DNA from: Chitinophagaceae bacterium
GTDB lineage: Bacteria; Bacteroidota; Bacteroidia; Cytophagales; JASGCU01
Direction: 5' to 3'
Length of the DNA stretch: 60,429 nucleotides
NCBI GenBank assembly: GCA_030053935.1
Contig: JASGCU010000006.1
Location: 1-60,429, forward strand
Shown here one piece after another: positions 46,557 through 55,755 of this stretch (position 1 is the stretch's first letter; each line of letters opens with the position of its first letter). The notes beneath the pieces were generated by a model. The model saw only the letters and a list, made by a program, of their open reading frames with translations. It searched no databases and was not told where the DNA came from. A program made the translations under genes and the position numbers.

Positions 46557-47435
46557 TTAACCCGTTTTTTTTGTTTTATTTCTAATCTTAAATAATTGTA
46601 CCAATTGTAAAACATAATCTTCTTCGGTGCTTATGTGTAAATAATCTACTTGGTTCTTTATACAAAACTTTTTGAGTTCTTCTTTTCCCGTCCTATAAAT
46701 AGAATCTATTTTATTTTTAAAAAAATGAGAGGAGGTGTTTATCCAAATTGTTTTTTGTGATTCTTTTTCATACAGTGGAACTATTCCCATTTTTGGAAAA
46801 GTATTTTCTTTCTTATCATTTATATGAATGAGAACCATATCATGCTTTTGGGCTGCTATCTTCAAACTGGTATAATAATTTATATCTACAAAATCAGATA
46901 TAATGATAAGAATACTTTTTCGCTTGAGTAGGTGAAGAGCGGTTTTAACAGCATTATTAAGATTCGTTTTGAGAGAATTATTTTTCATTCCAAATATACT
47001 TCCTATAATATTATAGATATGTGGGCGACTTTTGCTGGGTTTTCTATAGAGTTCTTTTTGGTCGGAATAACAAAGAACCCCTACCTGACTTCCTTCCTTC
47101 ATCGCAGAAAGAGATAGAACACCGCATATTTCTTTTACTATATCTATTTTTTGGTTTCCTTTTTCACCTATTTCTTGGGAAGCACTGACATCTAACAAGA
47201 ACAAAATAGTTTGCTCTTTTTCTTCTTTAAAGGTTCTCACAAAAATACCTTGTCCCTTTGCGGATACATTCCAATCTATCGCACGCACATCATCTCCGTA
47301 TTGGTAAGGGCGAACCTCGTCAAATTCTATTCCCGAGCTTTTAAATAAAGAACGAAAATTGCCTTGCATTTGAGAGTTTACTGCTTTCCTAATACGTATT
47401 TCATATTTTTGAAGTTTTTTTATTAATTCTTTCAT
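46557..47435 (-). CDS. DUF58 domain protein (MoxR-associated)
   Basis: VRPYQYGDDVRAIDWNVSAK motif followed by a vWA-like region (LLDVSASQ). 292 aa. Confidence 0.85.
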   Translation of the reverse strand: MKELIKKLQKYEIRIRKAVNSQMQGNFRSLFKSSGIEFDEVRPYQYGDDVRAIDWNVSAKGQGIFVRTFKEEKEQTILFLLDVSASQEIGEKGNQKIDIVKEICGVLSLSAMKEGSQVGVLCYSDQKELYRKPSKSRPHIYNIIGSIFGMKNNSLKTNLNNAVKTALHLLKRKSILIIISDFVDINYYTSLKIAAQKHDMVLIHINDKKENTFPKMGIVPLYEKESQKTIWINTSSHFFKNKIDSIYRTGKEELKKFCIKNQVDYLHISTEEDYVLQLVQLFKIRNKTKKTG

Positions 47436-47469
47436 TTGCTATTATAAACATTTTTAATAAAAATAAGAG

Positions 47470-47543
47470 TAGACCTGAAGGGATTCGAACCCCCAACCCT
47501 CTGATCCGAAGTCAGATACTCTATCCAGTTGAGCTACAGGTCC
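47470..47543 (-). tRNA. tRNA-Arg (anticodon UCG)
   Basis: Reverse complement folds as GGACCTG-TA-GCTC-AACTGGATA-GAGT-A-TCTGA-CTTCGGA-TCAGA-GGGTT-GGGGG-TTCGAAT-CCCTT-CAGGTCT-A. All stems pair, with G-U wobbles. Confidence 0.88.
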
Positions 47544-47617
47544 ATACATTAAAATGTAAACTATATCTGTATATTATATATTTTTATGCATTTGTAATAA
47601 AACACCGGCATATATTT

Positions 47618-48700
47618 CTACCAAATAGGAGTTTTTAATATAGGAACAGAATCTAAACCTTGTTTGTAGCGAATAAATAATATGGTATCTAATATTCCGT
47701 TATAGTTTTTTGAAAAAAGTAAAACAGGTTTATGGACCGGTGGATTTATTTTTTTTATAAAAATATATTTACCTGATACCATTTTTATAAAAGCGCTGTC
47801 AACAGGTTGTATAGATTTAAACACACGATTTATTTCTGATGTGTTTTCTGATATATGATTAAGCATAAAACTACGTGCTAAAGTAGTGTTAAAAGAACGC
47901 ATATAACTTTCTAATAGGATATTTACATCGGAAACTAAAAATAGTTTGTATGGATTTTTTTTATTGGTAAGATAATCTAATAAAGGATCTGTTGTATAGG
48001 TATTATCTGCTAGCAAAAAAATATCATTCATAGAACCAAAGCTATATGTAGAATTGTTTTTTGCTTCTCTCCAAAGCAATATCTCTGCAGGAGTATTCTG
48101 AACTTTTTTTACAATATCATACAAATCTTTGGATAGTAAAACATTTTGGACAGGTTGTATAATACCATCTATACCCCTTGTTTCGCCTTCGTAATAACGA
48201 ATCCCCACACTATCAGGTGTTTTTGAAAATAACTGATAAGTATTGATGATACCATTATTATCAAAAGACATCGTCTCTTGTTGAATGGACGAAAGAAAAG
48301 TCTCTTTGAGATATTGTCTTTGCGTAGTTCCCTTCACTATATGGTATTTTATAATATCCTTTAAGATACTTTTCTTTATTTGGGATAAATTGGTAATTCC
48401 TAATTGGTTGGCAAGCCTATTGAAAGCACTGTTCGTAGGTGCAAAAACAATAAATCCAGGGCCGGTATATCCTTCCTTAGAGATATTTGTGGTTCTAATC
48501 AAACTGTCTAAATTAAATATTTTTTGGGTAGAATCAAAAACATATTTGTAAAAAATGCTTACAGAATCTTTCTTTTTCAAAAGAGTTCCTATTTTTTCGG
48601 TAATCGGTTCATTACTCCAATTATCTTTTTCTTCAATACATCTCTCAAAAAGCAACCCGCACAAAATACTAATGGTAATGGTAAAAATCGTCTTATTCAT
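47618..48700 (-). CDS. fasciclin (FAS1) domain-containing secreted protein
   Basis: Signal/lipoprotein-like N-terminus. FAS1 motifs FIVFAPTNSAFNRL and IIKYHIVKG. 360 aa. Confidence 0.7.
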   Translation of the reverse strand: MNKTIFTITISILCGLLFERCIEEKDNWSNEPITEKIGTLLKKKDSVSIFYKYVFDSTQKIFNLDSLIRTTNISKEGYTGPGFIVFAPTNSAFNRLANQLGITNLSQIKKSILKDIIKYHIVKGTTQRQYLKETFLSSIQQETMSFDNNGIINTYQLFSKTPDSVGIRYYEGETRGIDGIIQPVQNVLLSKDLYDIVKKVQNTPAEILLWREAKNNSTYSFGSMNDIFLLADNTYTTDPLLDYLTNKKNPYKLFLVSDVNILLESYMRSFNTTLARSFMLNHISENTSEINRVFKSIQPVDSAFIKMVSGKYIFIKKINPPVHKPVLLFSKNYNGILDTILFIRYKQGLDSVPILKTPIW

Positions 48701-48874
48701 TGTAAAAAAAGGTATAGTAATAAAATTTTTTTATAAGAATGTTTTTTGTTTTTATATGTTTTATTTTTTGCAAAAATAATATTATTTTAAATAATATAGC
48801 ATTCTTTATAATATAGGTATGAAAATATAAACTTTCTATTTACTGTCTACAAGAAAACTCTTAATTTTGATTCC

Positions 48875-48971
48875 ACTCAGATAAGTCCTTTTTACATAAA
48901 TATTGAGTTTTTAAACTATTGATAATCAAATTTTATAAAATTATAAATGTATCAGCAGTGACTTTTCGGTC
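48875..48971. mobile_element. repeat family 2 element
   Basis: ...TTTTTACATAAATATTGAGTTTTTAAACTATTGATAATCAAATTTTATAAAATTATAAATGTATCAGCAGTGACTTTTCGGTC aligns along its length with the 21196, 26385 (reverse complement) and 50908 copies. Confidence 0.7.
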
Positions 48972-49143
48972 ATTCTCTCTATTTTATTACTTGCTTTACA
49001 CTGTTTATTGCATTTTTCGTAATGAAATTGGCGTTTTATTATGTGTTTAGTAATAAAAATATACTTTTATTAGATTTTTTGTAAAAATACCTGATGAGTA
49101 GTTATTTTTGATTAGGTGCTGTTGGTATTAATTTTTACTCGGG

Positions 49144-50368
49144 TTTTACTAACTCACTCACCTTACGCAAAAAATATCTTCAAAAAGTTTATTTTAATAT
49201 TTTAATGGTTGGTAACTTTTTTATGCTCTTTTTTGGAGTTTTTTAATTTCATTCAATTCTAAATAATGCTGATTTTTGATCTGCTGAATAAATTTGTAAT
49301 TTTATTGCGAAATGGTTCTTTTTTGTCCTTTGTTTTAAACATTCCATTTTTATGTAGGCAACAATAGATAATACAAAATGATTTGTTTGCGTTTTGATAG
49401 TTTTTGTTGGAGATTTTGCAAACCCTGTATTACTCTTTATTGATTTGTGATATTCTTCCACTCCCCACCGTTTTTTGTAGATTGTAGTTATTCTTTCATA
49501 TGCTAATTTTAAATCGCTACAAGTCAAGTACAACTTGCCGATTGTACCATTCTCGTTTTTGAAAACTTGCTTTGTAAGCAACATCGGGGAAAATCTAACT
49601 ATTCTAGCCAAACCTCCACAGTCTGCTGTCCTGTGCGTAACGTTTTAATACTTATAAAATTTTTATTTGCTTTATCCTCCGGTGTTAATGCAACTAATCT
49701 ATTACTTTTTAATGCCATTATAAAATCTGATTTACACGTTGTTTTACAACAAATCATATTTTCAATGGAACTAAACCAACTATCCGTCAAAACATAATTA
49801 AAATGCATTTTTCCGTAATATTCTTGAAGCATTTTTCTCAATAATTCATTTTTTGTTACACTGCTTTTACGATTTTCCCTGTTTTTGGATCATCTACAAA
49901 TATATCTTTTTTGATGAATTCTAAACCAACAGGAATACGTATATTGCCAACTTCCAACAATGTCGATAAAAAATTTATTCTTTTTACTGATTTTCCAAGT
50001 GTGTGATCAAAATGCAACAATTTAATTCGCTCTCATCTGTATAACGTTTTTCCTCTTATAGAATCGTCAAAACTCAAAGTTGTTAGTTCACCCGATTGTG
50101 CAATGTATTTCACATAAACTTTGGCTTGTTCCCATAAATACTTACTATCAAAATCCCCTTGAGATAAATGCTCTTGTAGTTTTAACGTGTTTTATGTCAA
50201 GAAGCGATGCCATTCCTGTTACATTTGTATAAGAGTTAGAACAAATCAAATAATCAGAATTAGATCAGCAAAATTTTCCGTAATTCAAATGAGTGTACAG
50301 TTTATTAACATTTAAAATGTAAAGGTATAAAATTTTATGATATTTTTGGGTAAGGGGAGTAAATAATA
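49144..50368. mobile_element. decayed IS4-like insertion sequence with recognisable inverted ends
   Basis: Left end ACTCACTCACCTTACGCAAAAAATATC (49152-49178). Right end GATATTTTTGGGTAAGGGGAGTAAATAAT (50340-50368) is its imperfect inverted repeat. The interior carries a multiply disrupted transposase frame. Confidence 0.75.
49249..50213 (-). pseudogene. IS4-family DDE transposase pseudogene (at least 3 frame disruptions)
   Basis: Fragments in different frames: DSKYLWEQAKVYVKYIAQSGELTTLSFDDSIRGKTLYR*, RIKLLHFDHTLGKSVKRINFLSTLLEVGNIRIPVGLEFIKKD...KAV*, NELLRKMLQEYYGKMHFNYVLTDSWFSS..., and the YREK signature YKKRWGVEEYHKSIKSN in ORF 49249..49611. Confidence 0.8.
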
Positions 50369-50381
50369 GAAGGGATTTTTT

Positions 50382-50804
50382 TCATTCTGAATCTAAAAAA
50401 TATTGAACCGCTAATATATATCCAGAGAACCCAAGTCCGCTAATTATTCCTTTACATTTTGGGGTTAAAAAACTGTTATGTCTATAATTTTCGCGAGAAT
50501 ATATATTAGAAATATGAACTTCTATAACTGGTGTTGTAATAGCACTTATTGCATCAGATAATGAAATAGAAGTATGGGTTAGTCCGCCTGCATTCAATAT
50601 AATTCCATTACTTGTAAATCCAATTTTATGGATATAATCTATCATATATCCTTCGTGGTTTGATTGGAAATACACCAAGGATATATTTGAAAATTTTTTT
50701 TGCAATTTTTCAAAAAAAGAGTCAAAAGAGTCAAATCCATAAATAGATGGTTCTCGTTTTCCCAAAAGATTCAAGTTTGGTCCATTCACTATATGTATTT
50801 CCAT
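50382..50804 (-). CDS. aroQ: type II 3-dehydroquinate dehydratase
   Basis: IVNGPNLNLLGKREPSIYG, QSNHEG, NAGGLTHTS, EVHISN. 140 aa. Confidence 0.93.
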   Translation of the reverse strand: MEIHIVNGPNLNLLGKREPSIYGFDSFDSFFEKLQKKFSNISLVYFQSNHEGYMIDYIHKIGFTSNGIILNAGGLTHTSISLSDAISAITTPVIEVHISNIYSRENYRHNSFLTPKCKGIISGLGFSGYILAVQYFLDSE

Positions 50805-50907
50805 AATTGAGGGGTGATATAATAAATATGGTTTTTAAAAGTATATGGAATGATTATATTCGTATAAATGAGATGTTTGTTAATAGTTAAGAAATTATAA
50901 AAAAAGA

Positions 50908-51008
50908 GAGATCGAAAAGTTCTTTTTTGCACGAATATTTAATTTTAAACGTATTGATAATCAAACAGTTACAAAATTACAAGTGTGTCAAAAGTGATTT
51001 TTCGGCCC
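50908..51008. mobile_element. repeat family 2 element
   Basis: GAGATCGAAAAGTTCTTTTTTGCACGAATATTTAATTTTAAACGTATTGATAATCAAACAGTTACAAAATTACAAGTGTGTCAAAAGTGATTTTTCGGCC. The ends are inverted (CGAAAAGT / GATTTTTCG). Confidence 0.7.
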
Positions 51009-51031
51009 CTTCTTTTTTACATTTTTTATGA

Positions 51032-52282
51032 TTAGTAATTAGAGCCAGCTCGTATCATAGCACATCTAAAACCAATAGTAGCTGATGATGAATCTTGTTC
51101 TAAGTATCTTCTCGTTCCTGGGGATAGCCAATAAGCAACGTCTTTCCATGAACCCCCTTTGTATACTCTTATACTTCCTGAAATAAGTGTATTTTGAGTG
51201 TCATATCCTTTATCTTCATCTAAAAAATCGTTTCTTCTCACGGGATTTAAATCTTCAAAATCTTGGAAAGAAAGTGGTCTATATACATCGTACACCCATT
51301 CATTTACATTACCTGCCATGTTCCATAGTCCATTATCATTTTGCGGATAGTCGTATATAGAGGTAGTGATCATTGCACCATCATTTAGTTTTCCTGCTAT
51401 ACCGGCGTAGTCCCCTCTTCCTCTTTTAAAGTTAGCGAGAAAATATCCTTGTCTTTTTCCGTAAGGATTTCTTTGCGAATGCCCGTCCCATGGATATATT
51501 CTTTTATGAGTTTGATTTTCGTCCAACCATTGAACGCCTATCAATCCTTGGGCTGCGTACTCCCATTCTGCTTCTGTTGGTAGTCTATAATTAGGGAGTA
51601 CTACTCCTGTTTCTAATGGTATTCTTTGTGTTGTTGATGTTTCTGCTCCGCTTTCACCTTCGCTGTCTTCATCAATAAGTCCAGCTTTTTTTGCTAAATC
51701 GTTATTTACAAAGTTTGTTCTCCATGCACAGAAATCTACAGCTTGAGTCCATGAAATTCCCACTACAGGATAAAATCTAAAGCCTGGATATCTAAAATAA
51801 TGATCAATATATGGGTCGTTAAATGCTAAAACGCGGTACCAAACTGTGGTATCAGGTAGAGCTTTTTGGTATCTATCTGTTTCACCTTTTTGTTGTAGGT
51901 CATTGAGATATTCTAACCAGTGAATATTTGCTACTTCTGTTTCGTCCATATAAAAAGATGCAACCGTTACCGTTCTTTCAATATTATCTTTTCTATTCAT
52001 AAGATCTTCTTCGTAAGATCCAAGAACTACACGTCCTCCTTCTATAAAAGCTAAGTTAGGTCCCGATGGTTGTCCTCTAAAGCTATGTAAAGTAAATCCA
52101 GAGGTTTCGTCTGCTACATCGGAACTTTTTTTAGTGTACTTATACGATTGTCCCGTAGTTGTACTTGCTTTCCCGGGTGAAGTACTTGTTGGGGTAACCT
52201 CTCCACAGCTATATGAGAAAAATATACTTCCCAATACTAACAAGCAAATATATTTAAAATTTTTATCTCCTTTTCTTTTCAT
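51032..52282 (-). CDS. GldJ-like lipoprotein (FGE-sulfatase/SUMF1-type domain, GldJ/GldK family)
   Basis: Lipobox FSYSC. GPNLAFIEGGRVVLG, SFYMDETEVAN, PDTTVWYR, YPVVGISWTQAVDFCAWRT, GGSWKD. At 416 aa it is shorter than canonical GldJ, and no gldLMN genes are adjacent. Confidence 0.6.
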   Translation of the reverse strand: MKRKGDKNFKYICLLVLGSIFFSYSCGEVTPTSTSPGKASTTTGQSYKYTKKSSDVADETSGFTLHSFRGQPSGPNLAFIEGGRVVLGSYEEDLMNRKDNIERTVTVASFYMDETEVANIHWLEYLNDLQQKGETDRYQKALPDTTVWYRVLAFNDPYIDHYFRYPGFRFYPVVGISWTQAVDFCAWRTNFVNNDLAKKAGLIDEDSEGESGAETSTTQRIPLETGVVLPNYRLPTEAEWEYAAQGLIGVQWLDENQTHKRIYPWDGHSQRNPYGKRQGYFLANFKRGRGDYAGIAGKLNDGAMITTSIYDYPQNDNGLWNMAGNVNEWVYDVYRPLSFQDFEDLNPVRRNDFLDEDKGYDTQNTLISGSIRVYKGGSWKDVAYWLSPGTRRYLEQDSSSATIGFRCAMIRAGSNY

Positions 52283-52618
52283 TTTTTTATTTTTACTTTT
52301 AACTTTAATTATTTATTATGGGTAATTATTTTTAATTGCGTGTTTTTGCTATTATGCGAGATGCAATATATTTATTTTTTATTTTGTTGCTTCTCTTATG
52401 TATTCATTTCAATACTCAATGTATTTTGTATTTTTATTATAGAAACTAAAATAATAATAATTTAGAATATTTTTATTTTTTGTGTTTTATTGAGAATAAA
52501 AAAAATAATTAAAAAAGCTTTTTTTATATAAAAAGATAAAAAAAACAATATTTTTTATTTCTATTAGAAATTTTTAATAGGATGAGTAGGGTTTTTAAAA
52601 ATAGTATTTTTTTTGAAA

Positions 52619-53869
52619 TCAAGAATTATACATTTTTCTGTTACAAATAAATCCATATTTTTTACATTCTTCCCAGAAATTTGGGTATGATTTTATTACT
52701 ACATTTGGATTTTCTATTTCTAAGGGGGTAATTTGTGCGACAGGTGCGAAAGCCATTGCCATTCGGTGGTCTTCGTATGTTTCGATATGTATTATAGGAT
52801 AGGTATTTTTTTTTTGTGGGGGTGTTAGTACCCATTTACCTGTTTCAGTTTCTTCTAATCGGGATCCAAATTTTATTAATTCTTTTTGTAAAGCGGTTAT
52901 TCTGTCTGTTTCTTTTATTTTTAAGCTTTCTAATCCTGATATAAATAGTGTTATTCCTAAACAAGATGCGCAGACAATAACTGTTTGTGCTAAATCGGGA
53001 TAGGATGTAAAATCCAAAGTAAGTTCTGATTTTGTTTGGTATTTTTCTAAATATAAGTCATTACCTCTAAAAGTGCTTTTTACTCCTAATCCTTCCATTA
53101 TTTCTCTTATATAGCTATCGCCTTGGTAAGAATTTTTTCGTAGTCCTAGTAATTTTAATTTTTTATTTTGCGATAGGGCAATCGTACTAAACCAATAGCT
53201 TGCGCCTGACCAATCTGCTTCTATGGTATATTCGTTGGAAAGATATTCTTGGTGAGGTATTTTTATAATATTGGTTTCAAATGTGTATTGAATTCCAAAA
53301 ATATGCATCAGTTGTAATGTCATTTCTATATAAGGCTTGCTGCTTATATTTCCTAATATTTCTAATTCTAATCCTTTTGGTAGGCGAGGAGCTATCATTA
53401 ATAATGCGGATATATATTGACTGCTGACGCTACCATTTATAGAGATGCGATGTTTTTGTTGTTCTTGTAAACGAGAAATTTTTATGGGTGGAAATCCTTC
53501 ATTGTTTAGGTATTCGATGGATGTTCCTATACTTTTGAGAGCTTCTACTAGTATTTTAATAGGGCGTTGTTGCATTCTTTCTGTACCGGTGAGTATATGT
53601 GATTCTCCGTGTATGGATAGATAAGCTGTTAAGAATCGCATTGCAGTTCCTGCGTCTAATACGTTCATGAGTTTATTATTTTCTTGTAATAAACGAGATA
53701 GGGTTTTGGTATCTCGAGCATCAGAAAGATTGTGGAGTATACTATTTTTTTTAGATAATGCTTGTATTATTAAGGCACGGTTGCTTTCGCTTTTGGAAGG
53801 GCTTAATTGTATAGTAGGAATGTCAGTGTTTGGTGATGTTGTGTATGTAATAAAGAGTGATTCTTTCAT
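52619..53869 (-). CDS. aroA: 3-phosphoshikimate 1-carboxyvinyltransferase (EPSP synthase)
   Basis: SPSKSESNRALIIQAL, DAGTAMRFL, EDHRMAMAFAP. 416 aa. Confidence 0.92.
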   Translation of the reverse strand: MKESLFITYTTSPNTDIPTIQLSPSKSESNRALIIQALSKKNSILHNLSDARDTKTLSRLLQENNKLMNVLDAGTAMRFLTAYLSIHGESHILTGTERMQQRPIKILVEALKSIGTSIEYLNNEGFPPIKISRLQEQQKHRISINGSVSSQYISALLMIAPRLPKGLELEILGNISSKPYIEMTLQLMHIFGIQYTFETNIIKIPHQEYLSNEYTIEADWSGASYWFSTIALSQNKKLKLLGLRKNSYQGDSYIREIMEGLGVKSTFRGNDLYLEKYQTKSELTLDFTSYPDLAQTVIVCASCLGITLFISGLESLKIKETDRITALQKELIKFGSRLEETETGKWVLTPPQKKNTYPIIHIETYEDHRMAMAFAPVAQITPLEIENPNVVIKSYPNFWEECKKYGFICNRKMYNS

Positions 53870-53872
53870 TTC

Positions 53873-55072
53873 TTAGCGAAGCTTAAGTGTCATAAGGGAG
53901 ATGAGAGCTAAAAGAATTCCTACATTCCAGAAGCGAGAAACTATCTTCGCTTCGTGGATTCCTTTTTTTTGGTAATGGTGGTGGAGTGGGGACATAAGAA
54001 AGATTCTTTTTCCTTGTCCATATTTTTTTTTTGTGTATTTAAAATAAGAAACTTGTAAAATTACGGAAATATTCTCTATGACAAAAATACCGCATAGGAT
54101 GGGAATTAGAAGTTCTTTTCTTATTATGATTGATAAAACAGCTAAAATTGCTCCTAATGAAATACTGCCTGTATCCCCCATAAAAATTTGTGCTGGGTAA
54201 GAGTTATACCATAAAAATCCGAAACATGACCCTATTAATGCGGCACAAAATATGGTAATTTCTCCCGTGTTTGGTAAATATAATATATTAAGGTATTCCG
54301 AAAATACTACATTGCCTGATAGGTATGCGAATATTGCAAGTGTTGTAGCTATAATAGCCGAAATTCCTGCTGCAAGACCGTCTAACCCATCGGTTATATT
54401 GGTTCCATTAGAAATAGCGGTAACTATAAAAATAACTAATAATACATACCCTATCCAATAATAGGAACCTAAAAAGCTAAATACATATTCGTATTCTAGC
54501 TCATTATCTTTGAAAAAAGGTATAGTAGTTACTAATAATTTTATGTCTTCGTAAGCGGTTACTAATTTTCCATCTACCATATCATTATAATAGTCTCTAA
54601 CGATTACTTTATCATGGAATACAAGCACAAGTCCGACTACTGTTCCTATAAAAACTTGTCCAATAACTTTAAAAATACCACTGAGTCCTGTTTTGTTTTG
54701 TTTTATTTTTTTAAGATAATCGTCTATAAATCCTATCATTCCGGCTACGAGGGTTGTAAACAGAAGCAAGATTATATATATATTTTCTATGTTGGCGAAT
54801 AATATAGTTGGTATAACTATGCCCATAATTATGATAATTCCTCCCATGGTTGGGGTTCCTTTCTTTTGAGTTTGGTCTGTAAATCCTAAATCTCTAATAG
54901 TTTCTTTAAATTCTTGTTTTTTTAAAAAACGGATTATATACTTCCCTAATATAATAGTTATAACAAGAGAAAGAAGCATTGACATTATTGCTCTAAAAGA
55001 AAGATATTGAAAAACACTGGCACCAAATAGTTGAAATCTTGTTTCTAAGTAATCAAATATATAATAAAACAT
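53873..55072 (-). CDS. mraY: phospho-N-acetylmuramoyl-pentapeptide transferase
   Basis: [36 protein letters not shown]. 10 TM pattern, 399 aa. Its stop lies 3 nt before the aroA start. Confidence 0.93.
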   Translation of the reverse strand: MFYYIFDYLETRFQLFGASVFQYLSFRAIMSMLLSLVITIILGKYIIRFLKKQEFKETIRDLGFTDQTQKKGTPTMGGIIIIMGIVIPTILFANIENIYIILLLFTTLVAGMIGFIDDYLKKIKQNKTGLSGIFKVIGQVFIGTVVGLVLVFHDKVIVRDYYNDMVDGKLVTAYEDIKLLVTTIPFFKDNELEYEYVFSFLGSYYWIGYVLLVIFIVTAISNGTNITDGLDGLAAGISAIIATTLAIFAYLSGNVVFSEYLNILYLPNTGEITIFCAALIGSCFGFLWYNSYPAQIFMGDTGSISLGAILAVLSIIIRKELLIPILCGIFVIENISVILQVSYFKYTKKKYGQGKRIFLMSPLHHHYQKKGIHEAKIVSRFWNVGILLALISLMTLKLR

Positions 55073-55212
55073 TGGTAATGGAAATGAGAGAGTAATGTAA
55101 TAGGTTATTATATTTTTATTGGTGTTTGTGAAAAAGAGAATGATTTTGGAATTTTAATTGTTGGTGTGAAATACATTATTTTTATTTCAATGACAAAAAA
55201 ATGTATATGGTG

Positions 55213-55285
55213 TGGTAACGGGCGGACTTGAACCGCCGACGCAAGGATTTTCAGTCCTACGCTCTACCAACTGAGCTACGTCACC
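55213..55285 (-). tRNA. tRNA-Phe (anticodon GAA)
   Basis: Reverse complement folds as GGTGACG-TA-GCTC-AGTTGGTA-GAGC-G-TAGGA-CTGAAAA-TCCTT-GCGTC-GGCGG-TTCAAGT-CCGCC-CGTTACC-A. Confidence 0.9.
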
Positions 55286-55521
55286 AGGAATATTTTGATT
55301 ATCGTTTCTAATGATTAAAATATAATAAGTGCATATTACATTTTTTTTTTTTACTTTATAATTTTATGAGATGATAGTTAATATTTTATTGATTTTTTGA
55401 TAAAAAAACTGTTTTTGTAATGTTTTTTTTAATAAAAGTATCTTTTTCATTCATTTAATAGAGTTATTTTTATGAAATTGGTGGTTCTCTATTCTTTTTT
55501 GAACAAATAAGTATTGGGCTT

Positions 55522-55627
55522 GCTCTGAAAGGTTCTTTTTACAAAAATAGTGAGTTGTAAAATTATTGGTAATGGAATAGCTACAAAATTATAAGTGTAT
55601 CAAAAGTGACTCTTTCTTCGGAGTGGG
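55522..55627. mobile_element. repeat family 2 element (more diverged)
   Basis: GCTCTGAAAGGTTCTTTTTACAAAAATAGTGAGTTGTAAAATTATTGGTAATGGAATAGCTACAAAATTATAAGTGTATCAAAAGTGACTCTTTCTTCGGAGTG is collinear with the other family-2 copies. Confidence 0.6.
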
Positions 55628-55755
55628 GTCAATGATGAATTATTTTATACTGCCCATTTTATATCCGCTTTGTTGTAATAAATAAAAAAAATATACCGTA
55701 ATTACAAAGTTCTACAAAGAAAAATAAAAAAAGAGACAACAGTTGAAATCATTGG

